DNA from: Phoronis australis
Lineage: Eukaryota; Animalia; Phoronida
NCBI GenBank assembly: GCA_002633005.1
Contig: NMRA01000256.1
Coordinates: 527,336-591,335, forward strand
Length of the DNA stretch: 64,000 bases
Direction: 5' to 3'
The notes under the pieces are model-generated. The model was not told the DNA's origin and searched no databases. It was given only the letters and a program-made list of their open reading frames with translations. This document shows positions 13,494 through 27,420 of the stretch, piece after piece; positions within the stretch are counted from its first letter, which is position 1, and every line of letters begins with the position of its first letter. The position numbers were made by a program, and so were the translations under genes.

Positions 13494-14239
13494 CACGGGT
13501 GCTTAATTCAAAAACACTCCATGGCCACCGTGCCGCAAGGTAGGGCTGGACGGTTATTAGGCTATCCTGTAATCTTTGCACGCTGTCTGATGTTAAGTAT
13601 GGGAACCGAGCGTCACATGACAATGAGTGCAACTAAATGCTTACCTTACATTATCGTTGATAGCGAGAAAAATGTCAGTAATACACTGTAATGGCACTCA
13701 CATTCCTTCAAACAAACAAAAATCAATTTTTGACAAGAGAAAAAATTACACTGCGCAGCTTTGTTTTAGTCGAGATTATCAGCGCCGTATATAATCACCG
13801 ATATCTACATGAAGTCTGATCACCTTTAAGAGTATTCTCGAGTTTATTATAAAAATGGGATTGTCGGTCCAGGAAGGCTGACGAATCGACAATCGCCTGT
13901 GCATTGAGATTTGAGAACGAGTTGCTGGCTTCATAAGGATGACCAGTTTTCTTAGGCCAAAAGCATATTTAATAGCGGAGTTGCAACCGAATCGATTTAA
14001 CGATTGCGCATGTCCGGAAATTAGGGTGCGCAAAGGCTACTGGGATTGTTGATGGTAAACGGGATGGCCGACTGGTTTGCACGACGTGTAATTTGTGTGC
14101 ATTAAACTACGCTGCTGTATGTAATTCTGCCGCTATTCGCCCTAATTAGCGCCCATGGCTCAACAAGTGTCCCAACGCGTTTTCAGACTTTGCTAAAGTA
14201 AGCGCCCAGCCCATCGAACTACATGCGAAAAATGCCCTT

Positions 14240-14545
14240 ACCTACAGTTCTAACGTCTCCAATTTATCAATTGAAAGATCCGACAGCCTGAATTTGTAAC
14301 GGACCACGAGCCTCACCGTTATGTCCGTATACACTTCAAACTTACGCCGCGATTCAAAAAGAGCGCAGAAGTTTTGCTGCTCTTGCGAGGGATGTGCCCC
14401 ACTACACGGGTCTGGACTTTGAAAACAGACACAGCGTACTTGTCAAAGAGCGGGATTGCATTGTTTCTTTCCAGTACAGATCTTCTCCGGCCTCAAACTT
14501 CTTTGTGCATGTGAAAACCGTGAATCGAAGACTAATAAAAAAAAA
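14240..14545 (-). pseudogene. HIRAN-domain pseudogene
   Basis: Manual translation from 14531: SSIHGFHMHKEV*GRRRSVLERNNAIPLFDKYAVSVFKVQTRVVGHIPRKSSKTSALFLNRGVSLKCIRT*, then frameshifted LVVRYKFRLSDLSIDKLETL. Matches the invertebrate HIRAN pattern RGYHxY...DxxAVxV...VGHxPRxxS...FL. Confidence 0.7.
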
Positions 14546-17500
14546 CCTCGACCAGTGTTAGCACGCGACCAAGAAGCGCGCGCTGCATAATGTACCGACT
14601 GTCATCGAAGATTAATCGGGTAACATAGCATCGGCAAATAAATATTGGCACTAATTTCCGAAAGTTTCCAATACCGTAAAAAGCTTCTGCATTATTTTTA
14701 AGAGAAATTATTTAACTAATCATAATTGGTGTTTTTAATGTCAAAATGACCCACTTCGCACCCTTACACCCCAAATCTTCCGGGAAATAGCTGTTACACT
14801 ACGGTCACGCATCCACTCACCCGGCGACTCAATGAGTGACATGTCGGTTTTACCGAAAAAAATCTCGAACGTTTTTAGCAGATGAAGCCAGCAAGTGCTA
14901 AGTCGTAAATATTAAAACACGCTCTGCTTGACTGCTTGACTTATTATTATTTTTTTTGGATACAATGCACACCTAGATCATTACATTACTCTGGCAAATG
15001 AACTCTGATGACAAGCACACGCACGCTTACTCTCACACACACGCATACAAACTTCAAAACAAACGTCACGTGACAACAACAAGTGTTCCCACAGAGATTT
15101 TTCTCGGGTTGCGTGCTACAATCTAGCGTAGATTTGGACTTAATCTGCAGTTAATCCAGACTTCACAAGAACTTAAAAATCTTAGAGACGCTATTTGGAA
15201 AACTTGAGGAGGATTTCAGGTAATTTGTTGAGTCAAAGCTGTATTCTTATTTAAGAATTCAAGCCCTATCGACGATTGCGAGACCAGCAGCTACGCATTT
15301 GTCGGCAAGATTTCGCCCTGGAACTTCAACAAAATTTTATGAAAAATGATCGTAATTTAACAACGAATTTTGATAGCAATGTACCACAATTTTGTAGAAA
15401 GTAAATAATAATAATCTGCACGCTTTATCTTAGCGCGTAATGCATATAGTGTGCATACGTTAAGTGAGTCGACCCAGAACAGGTGATTGTGCAGAGGCAT
15501 TATCCTCAAAATTGCTCATGTTGGCTTGGTTCTGGTCAAGCGAAAACAAGTTTTTTTTTCACTACCAACCGCCGTGGAGTATTTGTTACTGTTTCTTTGA
15601 AGGGAGATATTGTTGGGCAGTTTCTAAGATACGTTTTCTTGCCGCCCTCAAAATGAGCGCTGCACACTTTATGCTACGAAGTCGGAAAGAATTCACGAAG
15701 TCGGCCTTTGCTACCAGCTCTACCGATGTCTCTGACCCATGTTTAACGCAGTTCTTGATCCTTGGGAAACAGGTAGTAACTAAATTTTTTATTTCGCTAA
15801 CTGGTATTATAGCATGCCAGGCACACAACACGTATAACCTCCCTGTGGCCGGTTCGCCCCCACGCTTGCCGACGTACTTGTTTACCAGCTTAACCACAAT
15901 GCAACATTCTGACCCATTTCCAATATGGCGGCGTTGCAAATCCCCTATTCAGGCCTGCACCCGCGCATGGCAACTTGAACAAAATAACAAAAAGGAATAA
16001 GTGTACACCCCGGATCATGTTTTTGCCAAAATGTAATTATTTTCAAAGCCTCACGAATGCATTTTTAATAGTTTTTACGATGACGCCTGAGCGACACTGC
16101 CGATAATCTGCTGATCAGTCATTGCCCCACTGCCGGACCAAATGACCATTTTCCGCAGGAAACTCATCCGATTTTGCACGGAACTTACTTAAAAGATGAC
16201 GTCCTTAACCAACCAACAAACCCGTAATCTTTCGTGAAATAAAACGGGCCCATGAAATTAATATGCTACGTCACTCTGTCGCTACAAAGTTATACATGTA
16301 CGCCCGCAAAGCCCTTCTTGCTCACTCTGCATTTTCATAGTCGGATTGTAGTTGCACTTCAGCGTCACCATCTGTCCATTTGGTTTCATTAACCGTAATG
16401 ACGTGTTTTATTGTACGAGCGCTTTTGAGACAAGTCCAACCCTTTTATATGGGATTTTTACACCCTCAGCTGACGTTGGATTTTCAGTTGCCATTTATAT
16501 ATTTTCTGAAGTCATGTTTTAATTTTCCACAATAGGTGAGGCCAAAAAGTATTGGGGATTTTCTTTGGAACCCATACCTTCGATCACCGAATAAAGAAAC
16601 GTCCGCCTGTTTCAATTTCAGCCAAGGCTTTTTGACTAAGGTGCACAAAGGCACGTAACCAAGGTTTGACACGCCATAACTTGCCAAACAGTAAATCACA
16701 AAAAATCCCACATCATTTTTACTTGTCTCAGGTGGATTTTTATTTTTGAGAAAAAGAGCAACTAAAAAGTACCGAACCAAGGACTGGATTTTCCCAAATA
16801 AATGCACACCAGAACCAACTATAATTTTTGGCCAAATATTGAAAATCGCTTGTAATTAAACAGGTCTGGAACGCCGAAACGCAGACTAAATGGCACTATT
16901 CACAGTTGTATCTGCCACTGAAACAGAATCCAACCTGTTCACCAGGTATTTTTACTGTTTGTGCGTAAAGATTGTGAATTTCTGTTGATGTAAATGCATC
17001 TTTCTTTTACGTAGTTTAAAATTTCAAAAAATCGATCAATCAAACTGCTCGTCACTACGTCATGTTTCTCCCACAACACAAAACACATCTCCTTATTTGG
17101 TATGGCATATGGAAACGTGACCTTTGACCTTTGATGTAAACTAAACAACGGCGACTTCAAGCAGCAGCCAGTCCGATTAGCTCATTTGCGAGTTTCCAGT
17201 TATTCAATGTGACGTCACTGGAAGAAGGGCAAAACCTACCATATTGCCCTTGTTTTGCACCCAGTCTTTGCTACACACGCTAAATCTTACTGAGTTTTTA
17301 TGGAGAATTTTACGCTTAAAACGTTACCACAACTTAAGAGGTAGTTGATGGATCGTGGAATAACTGTGACAGACAAAAGGTGAACTTGTGATGTTGAGCG
17401 AAGCTGTGAACGGACTGAAATTGGAACTCGATCCGGAGTAGGCAATTTCATCGCTCGGAATGCCGCAGGCGTACATGAGCGATAGTACATCCCCATAAAA

Positions 17501-18109
17501 AGTTACTAATTTCAAAATACAACACAAATAATCAAATGAAACATGCATATATGCACATGGATTTATAAGTAACATATACCATGACTCTGGATACAATATA
17601 GTCAACAAATAACTTGAACATATCCATGAAAGTCTGTCGCGATTCGCTCGAGTTTCTCTCACAGGGCGCCATTTTGAGGAAGTTACGTGAAATCACGCCT
17701 GTTGACGAACAAAAAATTCCAAGGGACACAAATCGTTCAAATTTTACTTGATATCTTCCCATGCTATTTTGCAAGTGTCACGCGCCAGATCACGCGCGGC
17801 TCTCATTCTCGGGCTAGCGTTTGCCTAACCCCCGTGACTCAATATTGAAATGCTTTGTGGTTATCGCGCGCACGGTGAAAAAGTAACCAAAAAGTGGAGT
17901 TGGAATTCTTCGCCCATGTCACCTTAATTCTCATAGCTATGCTTCACCAAAGATTTGTGTAGAAGCAGAAAGGATCACAGAAGAATGTATTAAAAGTTTT
18001 TTGAGTGGTAGTTTTAAGTGTGGAATGTATTTTTGACGAGGTGAAAACTCGTAATCGGTGAGCGGATTTCGCCTATCACCCGTTTAAAATACAAGGGACG
18101 AAATTTGTA

Positions 18110-18302
18110 CAGAACGCGACGGGAAGTATTGTAGCGCGAATCTGAATTATGTTTCCCATAACAGCAATGCTTGTTTGGCATTTCCACACTAAAAGATGAA
18201 AAACTCGAAGTAAACTGAACAGAATACACTCTACTAACGTATCGGGCAAATGGCCAAACGACAAGCTTTTGCCCTAGTTTCGGAGACGTCACAGTTAAGT
18301 CT
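18110..18302 (-). pseudogene. THAP-like N-terminus next to a transposon-end motif
   Basis: ATG at 18181 reads MPNKHCCYGKHNSDSRY, resembling the KHCCYGxCxSDSRY start of transposon THAP proteins. It lies about 110 bp inside AGACTTAACTGTGACGTCTCC. Confidence 0.5.
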
Positions 18303-18522
18303 CAAAGAATCTCGCGTTATTGTTATTAACCCGCACAAGGTGTAAGTCTTAGCAGTTAAAGGATAATCTCAAAGTTTATTCACAAAATTGCGTCATTTCA
18401 CATATATCTAGAAAAATACCCTACTTTCATTCTCATGGAACTTGAAATACGAAATATATACCTTGTAGATTCATGGGAACCACCTCAAACCGCGTGGACA
18501 TTTGTTTACTACCAATTCGAGA

Positions 18523-19093
18523 TCCCTGCGTGCCGCTAGGTGGTAGGTAGCCAGCACGCAGGTATCACTTAATTTTCCTCGGGAAATTTTTTACACCGGC
18601 GTTTCTAATTGGCTGGTCAAATTCTCAACAGGCAGCGCTTTACGCAAACAAATTGGCATGACTGATGGACTGAAGTGTAAATGTGGTCTGTTATACAGAC
18701 AGATCGGTGCTTAAAATTCATGTTCAGGAAATCTGAATCCCAGTAATTATGATTGCGCCTTTTCGGAGTGCATTTTTCTATTGTCGGTGTCTTTTGTTTA
18801 CAATACTGTCCTGTATTCATACAGTATGAATTACACCGCACCGAATCGGCCAGATATGTGTTTATTGTACATGTATGTGCTTCAAGCACGCGGCTCTTAA
18901 ACACCACTGAAGAAACGAAATATTTGCAGCTACGCCACTTGCATGACAAGACTAAAAATCGTTCATAGTCCGCCAATTTTTCATGTTATTGTAAAGCTAA
19001 CCAATGACTGCCGAGGTTACACCAATCAATGCTGAAGCGCGTGCTGCTGCGTGATACCTGCGTGCTGGCTAGGCACGTAGGGAACCAGCGAGT
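18523..19093 (+). mobile_element. ~590-bp TIR MITE, left-truncated copy of 50161-50750
   Basis: Collinear similarity to 50161-50750. Inverted AGCCAGCACGCAGGTATCAC / GTGATACCTGCGTGCTGGCT. Ends GGAACCAGCGAGT. Confidence 0.85.
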
Positions 19094-20790
19094 CACTCAA
19101 ATCGAATCTCTCGCAAGGCAGAGCAGTTCCATATGTACACTCAAAAGACGTAGCGGATCACAAAGACAAAACGCGGTTTTGTTCCTGAGGGACGTTATGT
19201 CTGCATACATTTGACAGTTGTGAACGAATGCACCGAGTCCAAGTCGCCGCACCGCCACATTGTTTATAAACTCAGAAAGTTGTGAACCAAAATGAATCCT
19301 CACAGGAATTCATTAAATTGATCGGTAATTTGACTTTTTGCTGTTTGGTTCTCGTGCTTTAACCACCGACGGATCTCTATTGTCCACTTCGTACTTCCTT
19401 TCTTCCTTTCTTGAGATCAGTTTGTCCTACTTAGGCTCCTGGCACATTCACAAAATTAAAACGTTTTAGTGAAAATTAAGTTAGTTACGCACTGCAAATT
19501 CAGCTGACATGGCGAGTGAATGTTGAAATAGCGAACATGGTTAACGCATGTTTAGGTTATATTGATTCAAAAACAAGTTTTCACCGAATAATTAAGCGAT
19601 ACACGTCAGGATTTAATGACTCGCGATGTTTTCCGCTTTTTCTCGGCTTCGGCAAATCGACATAATTTGAGTTAAGGTACACGAGTACTCAAAAACGACG
19701 TGGTGAATTTCACTGAAGATTCTCTATTCTAATAGTTATTCACCAATCTCAAAGCCGCTAATGGGATTTTCCTTTTGAACGCCTGGTTTTTGCATACCAT
19801 AAGATAGACGAATACGAGTGTTATTTTTTACGAAAATACTTTATGTTTTGAGAATTAATTTGACATAGAAAGAAACCCGGAAACGGAACGATTGATTGAA
19901 ATTTTGTACCAGTGTTTTTGAGGTAAATTATTAAGTTTTCATTTAAAAAGATTTCATTAAAATTGACCAACGGGATAGTTTGGTATCAACCTACCTTTAT
20001 TAAAAATGAAATTTTGACTTAAAAACGCTGGTTACGTAACAACAATGGCGCATAAATATAAAACACATTTCTGTAATCTTTTTTCAATCAGAAAATAATA
20101 CTAATTGACACAGCCTGGTTTTTGATATATGAGTTAGAATGAAGGTCACTAATTTATAAGGTTTGAGATAACCTTGAAAATAGTTTTAAAGGTATCACAA
20201 TATTCAAATATATTCTAAAATGCATATGAAACTCCTTTTTTGGGAAATCGCTTGCTTCATTGGCTCCCCCCATACCGTGCTGTTGACATCAGATTCAGAG
20301 CGCGATCACACATTACAAAATCCATGTTATCGTTCAGCTGTTTGTCGAATAACTGTGAACGAATGCGCGCGTTTATGATATATGAGAGGGAGATTAGATG
20401 AACACAGCGTTGTTTCCTTCGCGCGTATTTCAAAAAGCGTGATTTTTGTCTATAAATCCCCTCACAAGTGAAATAGAACAACTCTGTAGTAGACGTTGCG
20501 AAATGATAATTGCGCCAGGAGTTGTTTAAAAGATATTTTGATAAACATTCGCGTGACATGCCTCTTTAAGCTTAGAATCATTCAATAAGAGATCAACGTT
20601 CCGATAAAATTACCGTTTTATTGAAATTTCCTGTTTCCTAGGAGCAGCCGAGCTCACGCCATGCCGGGATGAGAGAACATCGGCGTGCCCCGGGGGTAGG
20701 TCAGCGAAAGGCACCACAGGTTAAAATGGCTCTTACAGTGCTCCAGCCCATTGCACTGGTCACCCAAAAGTTTGTACGGCAATTAAAACC

Positions 20791-21012
20791 AACAGCTTAT
20801 TATTTAAAATGACTTATTCTTATTAAAGTGACATAGGCAAGAAATTGAATTTCAGGCCTCAAAAGTGGGGCCCTCTATATTAATACAGGGGCCTCGCTCA
20901 TCAACTGCCTCCCGACGGGGCCTTATATTAATATAGGGGCCTCACGTCTGAGGCCCAAAATAAAATTTTTGCCTATGTCATTTTAATAAGTTATTTCAAA
21001 TAATAAACTGTT
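20791..21012. repeat. ~220-bp palindromic (foldback) MITE
   Basis: Arms of about 100 bp, AACAGCTTATTATTT...GACATAGGCAA...TATATTAATA, mirrored at about 20920-21012. Confidence 0.8.
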
Positions 21013-21429
21013 AACCGCTTTCACAAAAATAAAAGTGCGGTTCTTATATCATGTTGAGGAAATAAAGTTAGTTGGTGCGAAAAATCTTTGTTGTAATAAC
21101 TGTGACAATCAATTTTCATAGAACAGCCCATAACATAAGAAGAAGTAGATGTCAGTCAAACGCACCGTTCTGAAAGTTTTTTTATTATTGTTTATTGACA
21201 TGAGTTGGACCAGCAAATATGAACAGAAATATACAGTCGATCACATTTTCGAACAATTCGCTGGTGTTGGATTTTCCAATTCAGGTGCACAGGGCGTCAT
21301 TTTAGCACTTGGAACTTTTGCAAAAATATGTGCTTATACGAATCGGTGTGTTCCGACAGGTATTGCCCTCATTTTATGCTCCCGGGGAGTTGAGACGGAT
21401 CTAACTTGATTAGAGTAGATTTCAATAGC

Positions 21430-21535
21430 AGTCTTGCAGCGAGAAAAATCTAGCCAACATCACGTGATTTTATTAAAATATCTCGAAATCTTGTTTTTAA
21501 CGAGGTACTAGCGTTACTGAACTTTACCCAGTCCC
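21430..21535 (+). repeat. Fragment of the Harbinger-like MITE family at 37251-37551
   Basis: Shared CTAGCCAA..TCACGTGA...CTCGA.ATCTTG.TTTT...TAGCG.TA.TGA motif. Confidence 0.5.
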
Positions 21536-24279
21536 ATAGACTGGTAGCAAGATTTCAAAGTCGCTTGGTGATTTACAGCGCCACGTAAATTTTTTGTGTT
21601 GCTTTTAATTAGTTTATTTTAATGGCGGACTGGATCCAAAACGCTGACATGACGTTGTGCTAAAGAATCGAAATGATGACAATGCCGCTAAGACACTGTA
21701 CATGTATTAATTTCCTATGTTACCGATAAATCTACACGCCTTGCATTGCAGCCACATGCAGGCCAGTGGCTAAATATTAGAACTAGAAGTTATATTTCCC
21801 ATGGGTTTCATTTTTCCATGGAATGAATTGTTTATTTGTTGTAAAGAAATTTTGTGTGAGTCCTGAGAACCAAGGTATAGATTTCAACAATGATTATGCG
21901 TTGTAAAATGCATTTATGTAGAGATGGCGACCAGTAACAAACAACTTATCAAACAGACAGAAATTTGCATGGGAATAAGACGCTTGTCATTTCAGAAATT
22001 GAACAGTGACACACTTCTGTCAGTGTCAGATTACCAGACAAGAAAATGCGATGACCTGCATAAATACGCCTTAATAACCAAAGAACTACTCCATCATCCA
22101 ACGGTTCCACCAGTATTGATGAAAATGGGCTATTAGGAAACTTGCTCAGGTTAAAATGTACTAGGAACTTTATGGCGCTGACATATACACTGCCAGGTGC
22201 GAAGTGAGCTTCGTTAATGGAAAATGTGATCACATTTATCAAAATGGTTCCCCGTAATATCACCAGTCTCTCAAATAAGCGATCCAATCCCATCGGGCAA
22301 AGCTTCACCTCGCGTTTTAGAAGGTTGGAGTTGGCATCGATAACGGATTCAGTTTGAATCAAGGTATTAGATGATGTAGGAAGTGAATAGTGGTCGGTGG
22401 TGCTGGCGGACGTACGACAGTCTACCCTTCAGTGTTACATCGGAAGGACTGCCTTCGATCGATGACGCTTTTATCGCCCAAATTGGTTTACTTAATAAAT
22501 CAGTGCGCTGATTTCAGGACGCCATTGTTGTTTATTAGATAAACCTACTTGAAAGGGAGAGTGAACAAAACTTAGGGTTCCGAACATGCAGCTCTTGGCA
22601 CGCGTAAAGTGCAACCAGACGCACCTAACCCTATATCATGCCCTTTGCCATCGGGTTGTTTCATAAAAACGAATTTTATTAAAACTTACAGAACAATCCG
22701 TTTGCAAAAAAAATCGTAACAGAGGGTGGAAACTTACTTCATTATTTGTAAATAAACGAAATCTTATGTTACATTCAACTTTACAATTTTTGAAATCTGT
22801 CTTGCGCGATGCATTTGTACATTTGCACTCGAATTGAAAATCACTTAGTTCAAAAATTATGAGGATTACTGTTTGGAATTGATTAATTATAGAGCTCTAT
22901 TAAAATAATATGCTCAGGAAGGGCTGCTGAAAGTAATGCGGAAGTGCTGAACCAAGTGCCGATAAAAACGAGTGAGCGAATATAACATTATTTGAACACC
23001 ATATCTTTCGTTTCAGGCAAACATTATCTACTATAGATATGCAAATGTGTATAAATTGAACCGCAATCGACCCCCATAAGAAATGACATAGCATGGAGTA
23101 CTGGGTATTGATTTCTATCATAACAACCGGTGAGATTATGTATCACCGAAGATTAATCACTTAGATCCCTTTGAAGTAGTAATTACGGATCCGTAACAAA
23201 TTAAATGAACACAATTTAGGCGGCCATTAAAGAGTATGGATGACTTCAATTTACAAACGTTTCGATTATCTTACGCTCTGCACTTCGTTTTACTAGTCCC
23301 GAAACAAAAACTTTAAAATCGACTAATTAGTGAAGTTATCTAATGTATGAAACAATCCCTGTTTTAGTGATGCCGTGGTGATAACACGACCTCGCAAATA
23401 TCACCCGATCAGCCGTGGTGTTACCTACAATGCCACGGTGAGTTGACAGTTTGGTCCCAAGTGAGACTACGTATCACGCCATCTGGAATTACAACTTCGT
23501 ATTCATCTGAGTGTTCAAGGTACCTCAGCCAACACCCAAATAAAACCTGTTAATACACATAATTTAAATAATTTAAAATCAATTCGATGAAAATGCAGTT
23601 AAATGAATATTTTACCATAGCGCAATTGTATCCCATTCTGTGCGTCAGCGTCCAGGATCATATTGGCAAGAGAAGAGAGCCAGAACATTGCGGGGCGAAC
23701 ATTGAGCACTTGATACGGCTCCGGTCAAATTTCTCAGGATTTTGGTTTGATGTGATTGGCAAGTTTCGAATGTGCTTCTTCTACCTCGACCTTTACCTTC
23801 TACCTCCGCGGAATCGAAAACTTGAATCTCGATGGTGACCCTGGGTGATATACAGCTGATTTGAGTTACCCGCTCGCTCAGTGGCTGTCGGACTATAACC
23901 CAAAGCTAACCATCGATTTTACAACACAAATCGGCATTATTTAAAACCATTTTTAGATGATGCATTAAGATTGAAGGAAAGAGCATTTCCGAAACTTCAA
24001 TAAACATTAGTAATCGCCTAGTATGTTGCTTTCAGGATCAAGCCACCAGACAGAAATCTCCAGCGCGCATCAAAAAACTACCACACTTAATTTTCCAGCG
24101 TGCACAAAAAGAAACCGGAGGGAGAGAAAGAGAGAAAGTAATTGAAATGACTTTCCCTTTCTCAATCAAAAGTGCAATAAAGTGGCCTATAGCAAAGCTA
24201 AAATGCTCATATAACAAAAATGTCTACGGGTTTTATACACCTGGTGTATAAATTGAAACATGTATCGTATTTCTCAAGC

Positions 24280-26070
24280 AATGCCATTTATTGTACATCG
24301 TAGGCATTTGCTACGCATACATAAATTCATAAATTAAAATGCATATTTAGAGTATTTACACAGAGAGCAGTTCTTCTCTTAAAGCCATAGCCTTCTGAAT
24401 ATACAATGCAAGGCGCTTGATAGTGTCATGATTTTTCTTTTGGAGAGTCGATATTTACAAGCTCTGGTAGAAGTTTTTTCCTAGGTCTCCAAGAACAGGG
24501 CATCGACATATGAAATGAGACTCATCTTCAATTTCACTTAGATTGCATCTCCCGCATATTCTCTCATTTCTATGAATACCCATATGTCTACCTTTCTCTA
24601 TATTCAGTGAGTGGCTTGGACATCGAAACTGCGCATTTAGTCTTCTCGAATAACTGGTGAAACCATTCCCGTACTGCTGGCTATTAAGATCACGTTTACA
24701 AAGAGTATAACACTCAATAAGATCACGTTTAATAACAGCATAACACTGACATTTATTTGAATTAACTGTTTCCAATTGCCATTCTTATACTCTACAGTCT
24801 AATAGCGTCTACTTGAATATCATAATAAATTCAACACTATTATCTGGGCCAAATAACCTTACGCTTCTCCATTAATACGGTACTTAAACAATTTTTGACA
24901 CGGTGTACCCAGTTACAATTACTGTTTTCACCCTGTTGCCTAAGCCTACTATAGCACTTCATTGGACATCTATGTTCTCCCCTATGAAGTAATCTTGTCC
25001 AATAGGTAATTGGCTTATATATATTTTGTAACAAATAATTGTCTCCCACATTCACCGCGAGTCATAGCATTCGCCGTTTCAATACTCAGTCTCGGAACGT
25101 AAATACAAAAATCATTATGAACTTTTTCAATAGTATCACACAATGATGTGCCCCATATTTTTGCACCACATGTTAGTATGGGCATAATCATGGAGTCAAA
25201 GAGTTTAAAATGCACTGTATGGGAAGTACAGTTAAATGTTGACAGAATGGTTTTGATGGCGCTTATTGCTTTCCGAAGTTCATTTGGCTTGCAAGTTCTC
25301 TACAAAATTCTTTCCGTTTATGTCTGCAGGAGAATGTGACTTCTAAGTAGCCTACTTGTAATACGATTTGGTATTAATTTTCTTGTCACCAAAACACCTT
25401 TCAGTCTTCAAAATATGTCAAATGCCACAGCATTTGTTTTGTTCAAATTAACTCTACAAAACTTTTCGTGTGCAAAGAGCTTCATCCGCAGCCCAGCAAC
25501 AGTATTCGAATCCCAGCAGTAAATCATCCTCAAAAATAGAGAACCTACGTCACAATCCGGGGAGACGAGTTTACCTCTACTTACACTTTCTTTAATATCA
25601 AACTCTAGTGTGCAAACAAACACCGAGAACAGCCAAGGATTTAAAACACACCCTTACCGGAAACCAAGTGCACATTTAAAATGGGGCGTGGTCTGTGACT
25701 GTACCATAACACACGATTGTACAGTGTCGTACATACTGTGCAAAATTTCAAACATTTCCATGCAAACCTTTAGTTAAAGGGGCATAAAATAAGCGGAGAT
25801 GTCAACACTATCAGATGCATTAATAAAATCAATAAATGGACAATATACTTTCTCTTTCCGTTTAGCGACATATTTCTGGATGGTAGTCTGTAAATTAAAA
25901 ATATGATCGACTGTAGAATACATTTCTTAATATTCGACCACTCATCTATCCGAGAACAAAGAATAGTTAAAAAAAGTTAATAATACTATCCATAAGGGAG
26001 ATCCTTCCATAATGATTTGGATTAACTCTGTCTCCTTTTATAAAGCGGCGCAAGATTATCTTGAGTACCA
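24280..26070 (-). mobile_element. RTEX-like non-LTR retrotransposon remnant (RT to C-terminal zinc knuckle)
   Basis: Frameshifted minus-strand motifs in the expected order: PLYK/GDRVNPNHYGRISL, YSTVDHIF, KVYCPFIDF, GFR*GCVLNPWLFSVF, VNLNKT, LFDSMIMPILTCGAKIWG, IEKVHNDFC, RGECGR, FRCPSHSLNIEKGRH...ERICGRCNLSEIEDESHFICRCP. AATAAA near 24290. Confidence 0.9.
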
Positions 26071-27309
26071 ACGTTAGAGTATAGCTCGACCTAACAAAGG
26101 GCTTGGAGCGATGTTTTTTTTTTTTTTTTTTCGTAAGTTAACAGCCAGTTTTCGTCCCCGAATATTTGCCAACGATTCATGGAGGATTGCCGAATCATTG
26201 GGGATCCTCAGGTCTCGGGTTTCAATCTTTTTGCTGGAAATCGATCTTGAAAATATTTTCCGTTCTCCTTGAATACCGACCCAAGACAATTCTGTGCTCG
26301 TGCATATTATGGATTATCTTATATCTGTGTGAATACGACCATGGAATATTCCATGGAGTACGGGAAATCATGTCCAATCCGTATTCCATTGTTGAATCCT
26401 TTTTCTGCAGTTAGTGTATAGTGTCCTGGTGCAGTACATTTGCGTGCACGACGGCAAATTTAGTCGACTGATCTTGTACATTTTGACTACCTGAAACATT
26501 CATTCAAGGTGTCGTTTCCACAAAAGCAGTTTTATTGCTCTAAATTTGCAAATTTTCAGCAAAGATTTACCGGTAAAAACTCCGACGCAGGTTGGTCAGA
26601 CCGGTTATTTAGGTCATCCTTATGTACATTGTATACCAGTACCTAATAGGTGATCTTACAGTACTAGTCTTTACTACTTAATAATTTTTGACATTAAGCT
26701 TGCTATATATGGGACAAATCAAGACAAAATAAACTCTTTTTCGTGCCATTAATACATCGATTACCATCTTTCAGCGCTTGATTAATTTTTATCTATACAT
26801 TGATCTTATTTGACATTTTTACTTTAGTTTGTATGTCGGCCTCACAGAATTAGGAAGCAACTCGTGTCTCGATTCATGCTATCAAGTTTTAGAAGTCAGG
26901 AACATTACGTCTTTAAGGTTTTTCTTTACTTTTACGTAATTACCCTAGATTCTGGCTTCTCAAGATGGAATGGCTTCCCAAATTAAAAAGAGCGAAACAC
27001 TTGAGAAAAAGGATCAAATAAAACATACTTAAATATGATATCCAAGACCAAAAAATGTTAACAGAATAGGAAGAAACTGTACTTCATTATTTCACAATTG
27101 TCACCAACAAAAACTTGCCGAGATTTTGATCCTTTCTAATATGCGGGGAGCTTTGGGAAAATGGAAACCTGAGCCATTAGTTTGTTCGTATTGGGAACAC
27201 TATACCATACATGTTCTTTGGTTTTCCGCATAGCTAAACCGAAAAATTCAGCTACAGCGAAATCACTTCACTTTAATGGGTTAGACCAGGGTAGTGTTCA
27301 GAAACTGTC

Positions 27310-27420
27310 TTGCAGCAAGAAACAATTAGCTAAAACCACGTGTTTAAATAGACGACAATATCTCATGTAATCTCGCGAAGTCTTGCTTTTTATCGAGGTC
27401 CTAGCGTTATTGAATTCTAT
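27310..27420 (+). repeat. Fragment of the same family as 21430-21535 and 37251-37551
   Basis: TTAGCTAAAACCACGTG...TCTCGCGAAGTCTTGCTTTT...CTAGCGTTATTGA. Confidence 0.5.

Noticed and set aside
21949-22362. 137-aa minus ORF, with faint Cys-cluster transposase resemblance in another frame
   Set aside because: No diagnostic motif I can defend.
23425-23546. Candidate minus-strand exon (AG...GT, open frame with YEVVIP, ADAM-propeptide-like)
   Set aside because: Short, no neighbouring exons of a coherent gene found, motif too weak.
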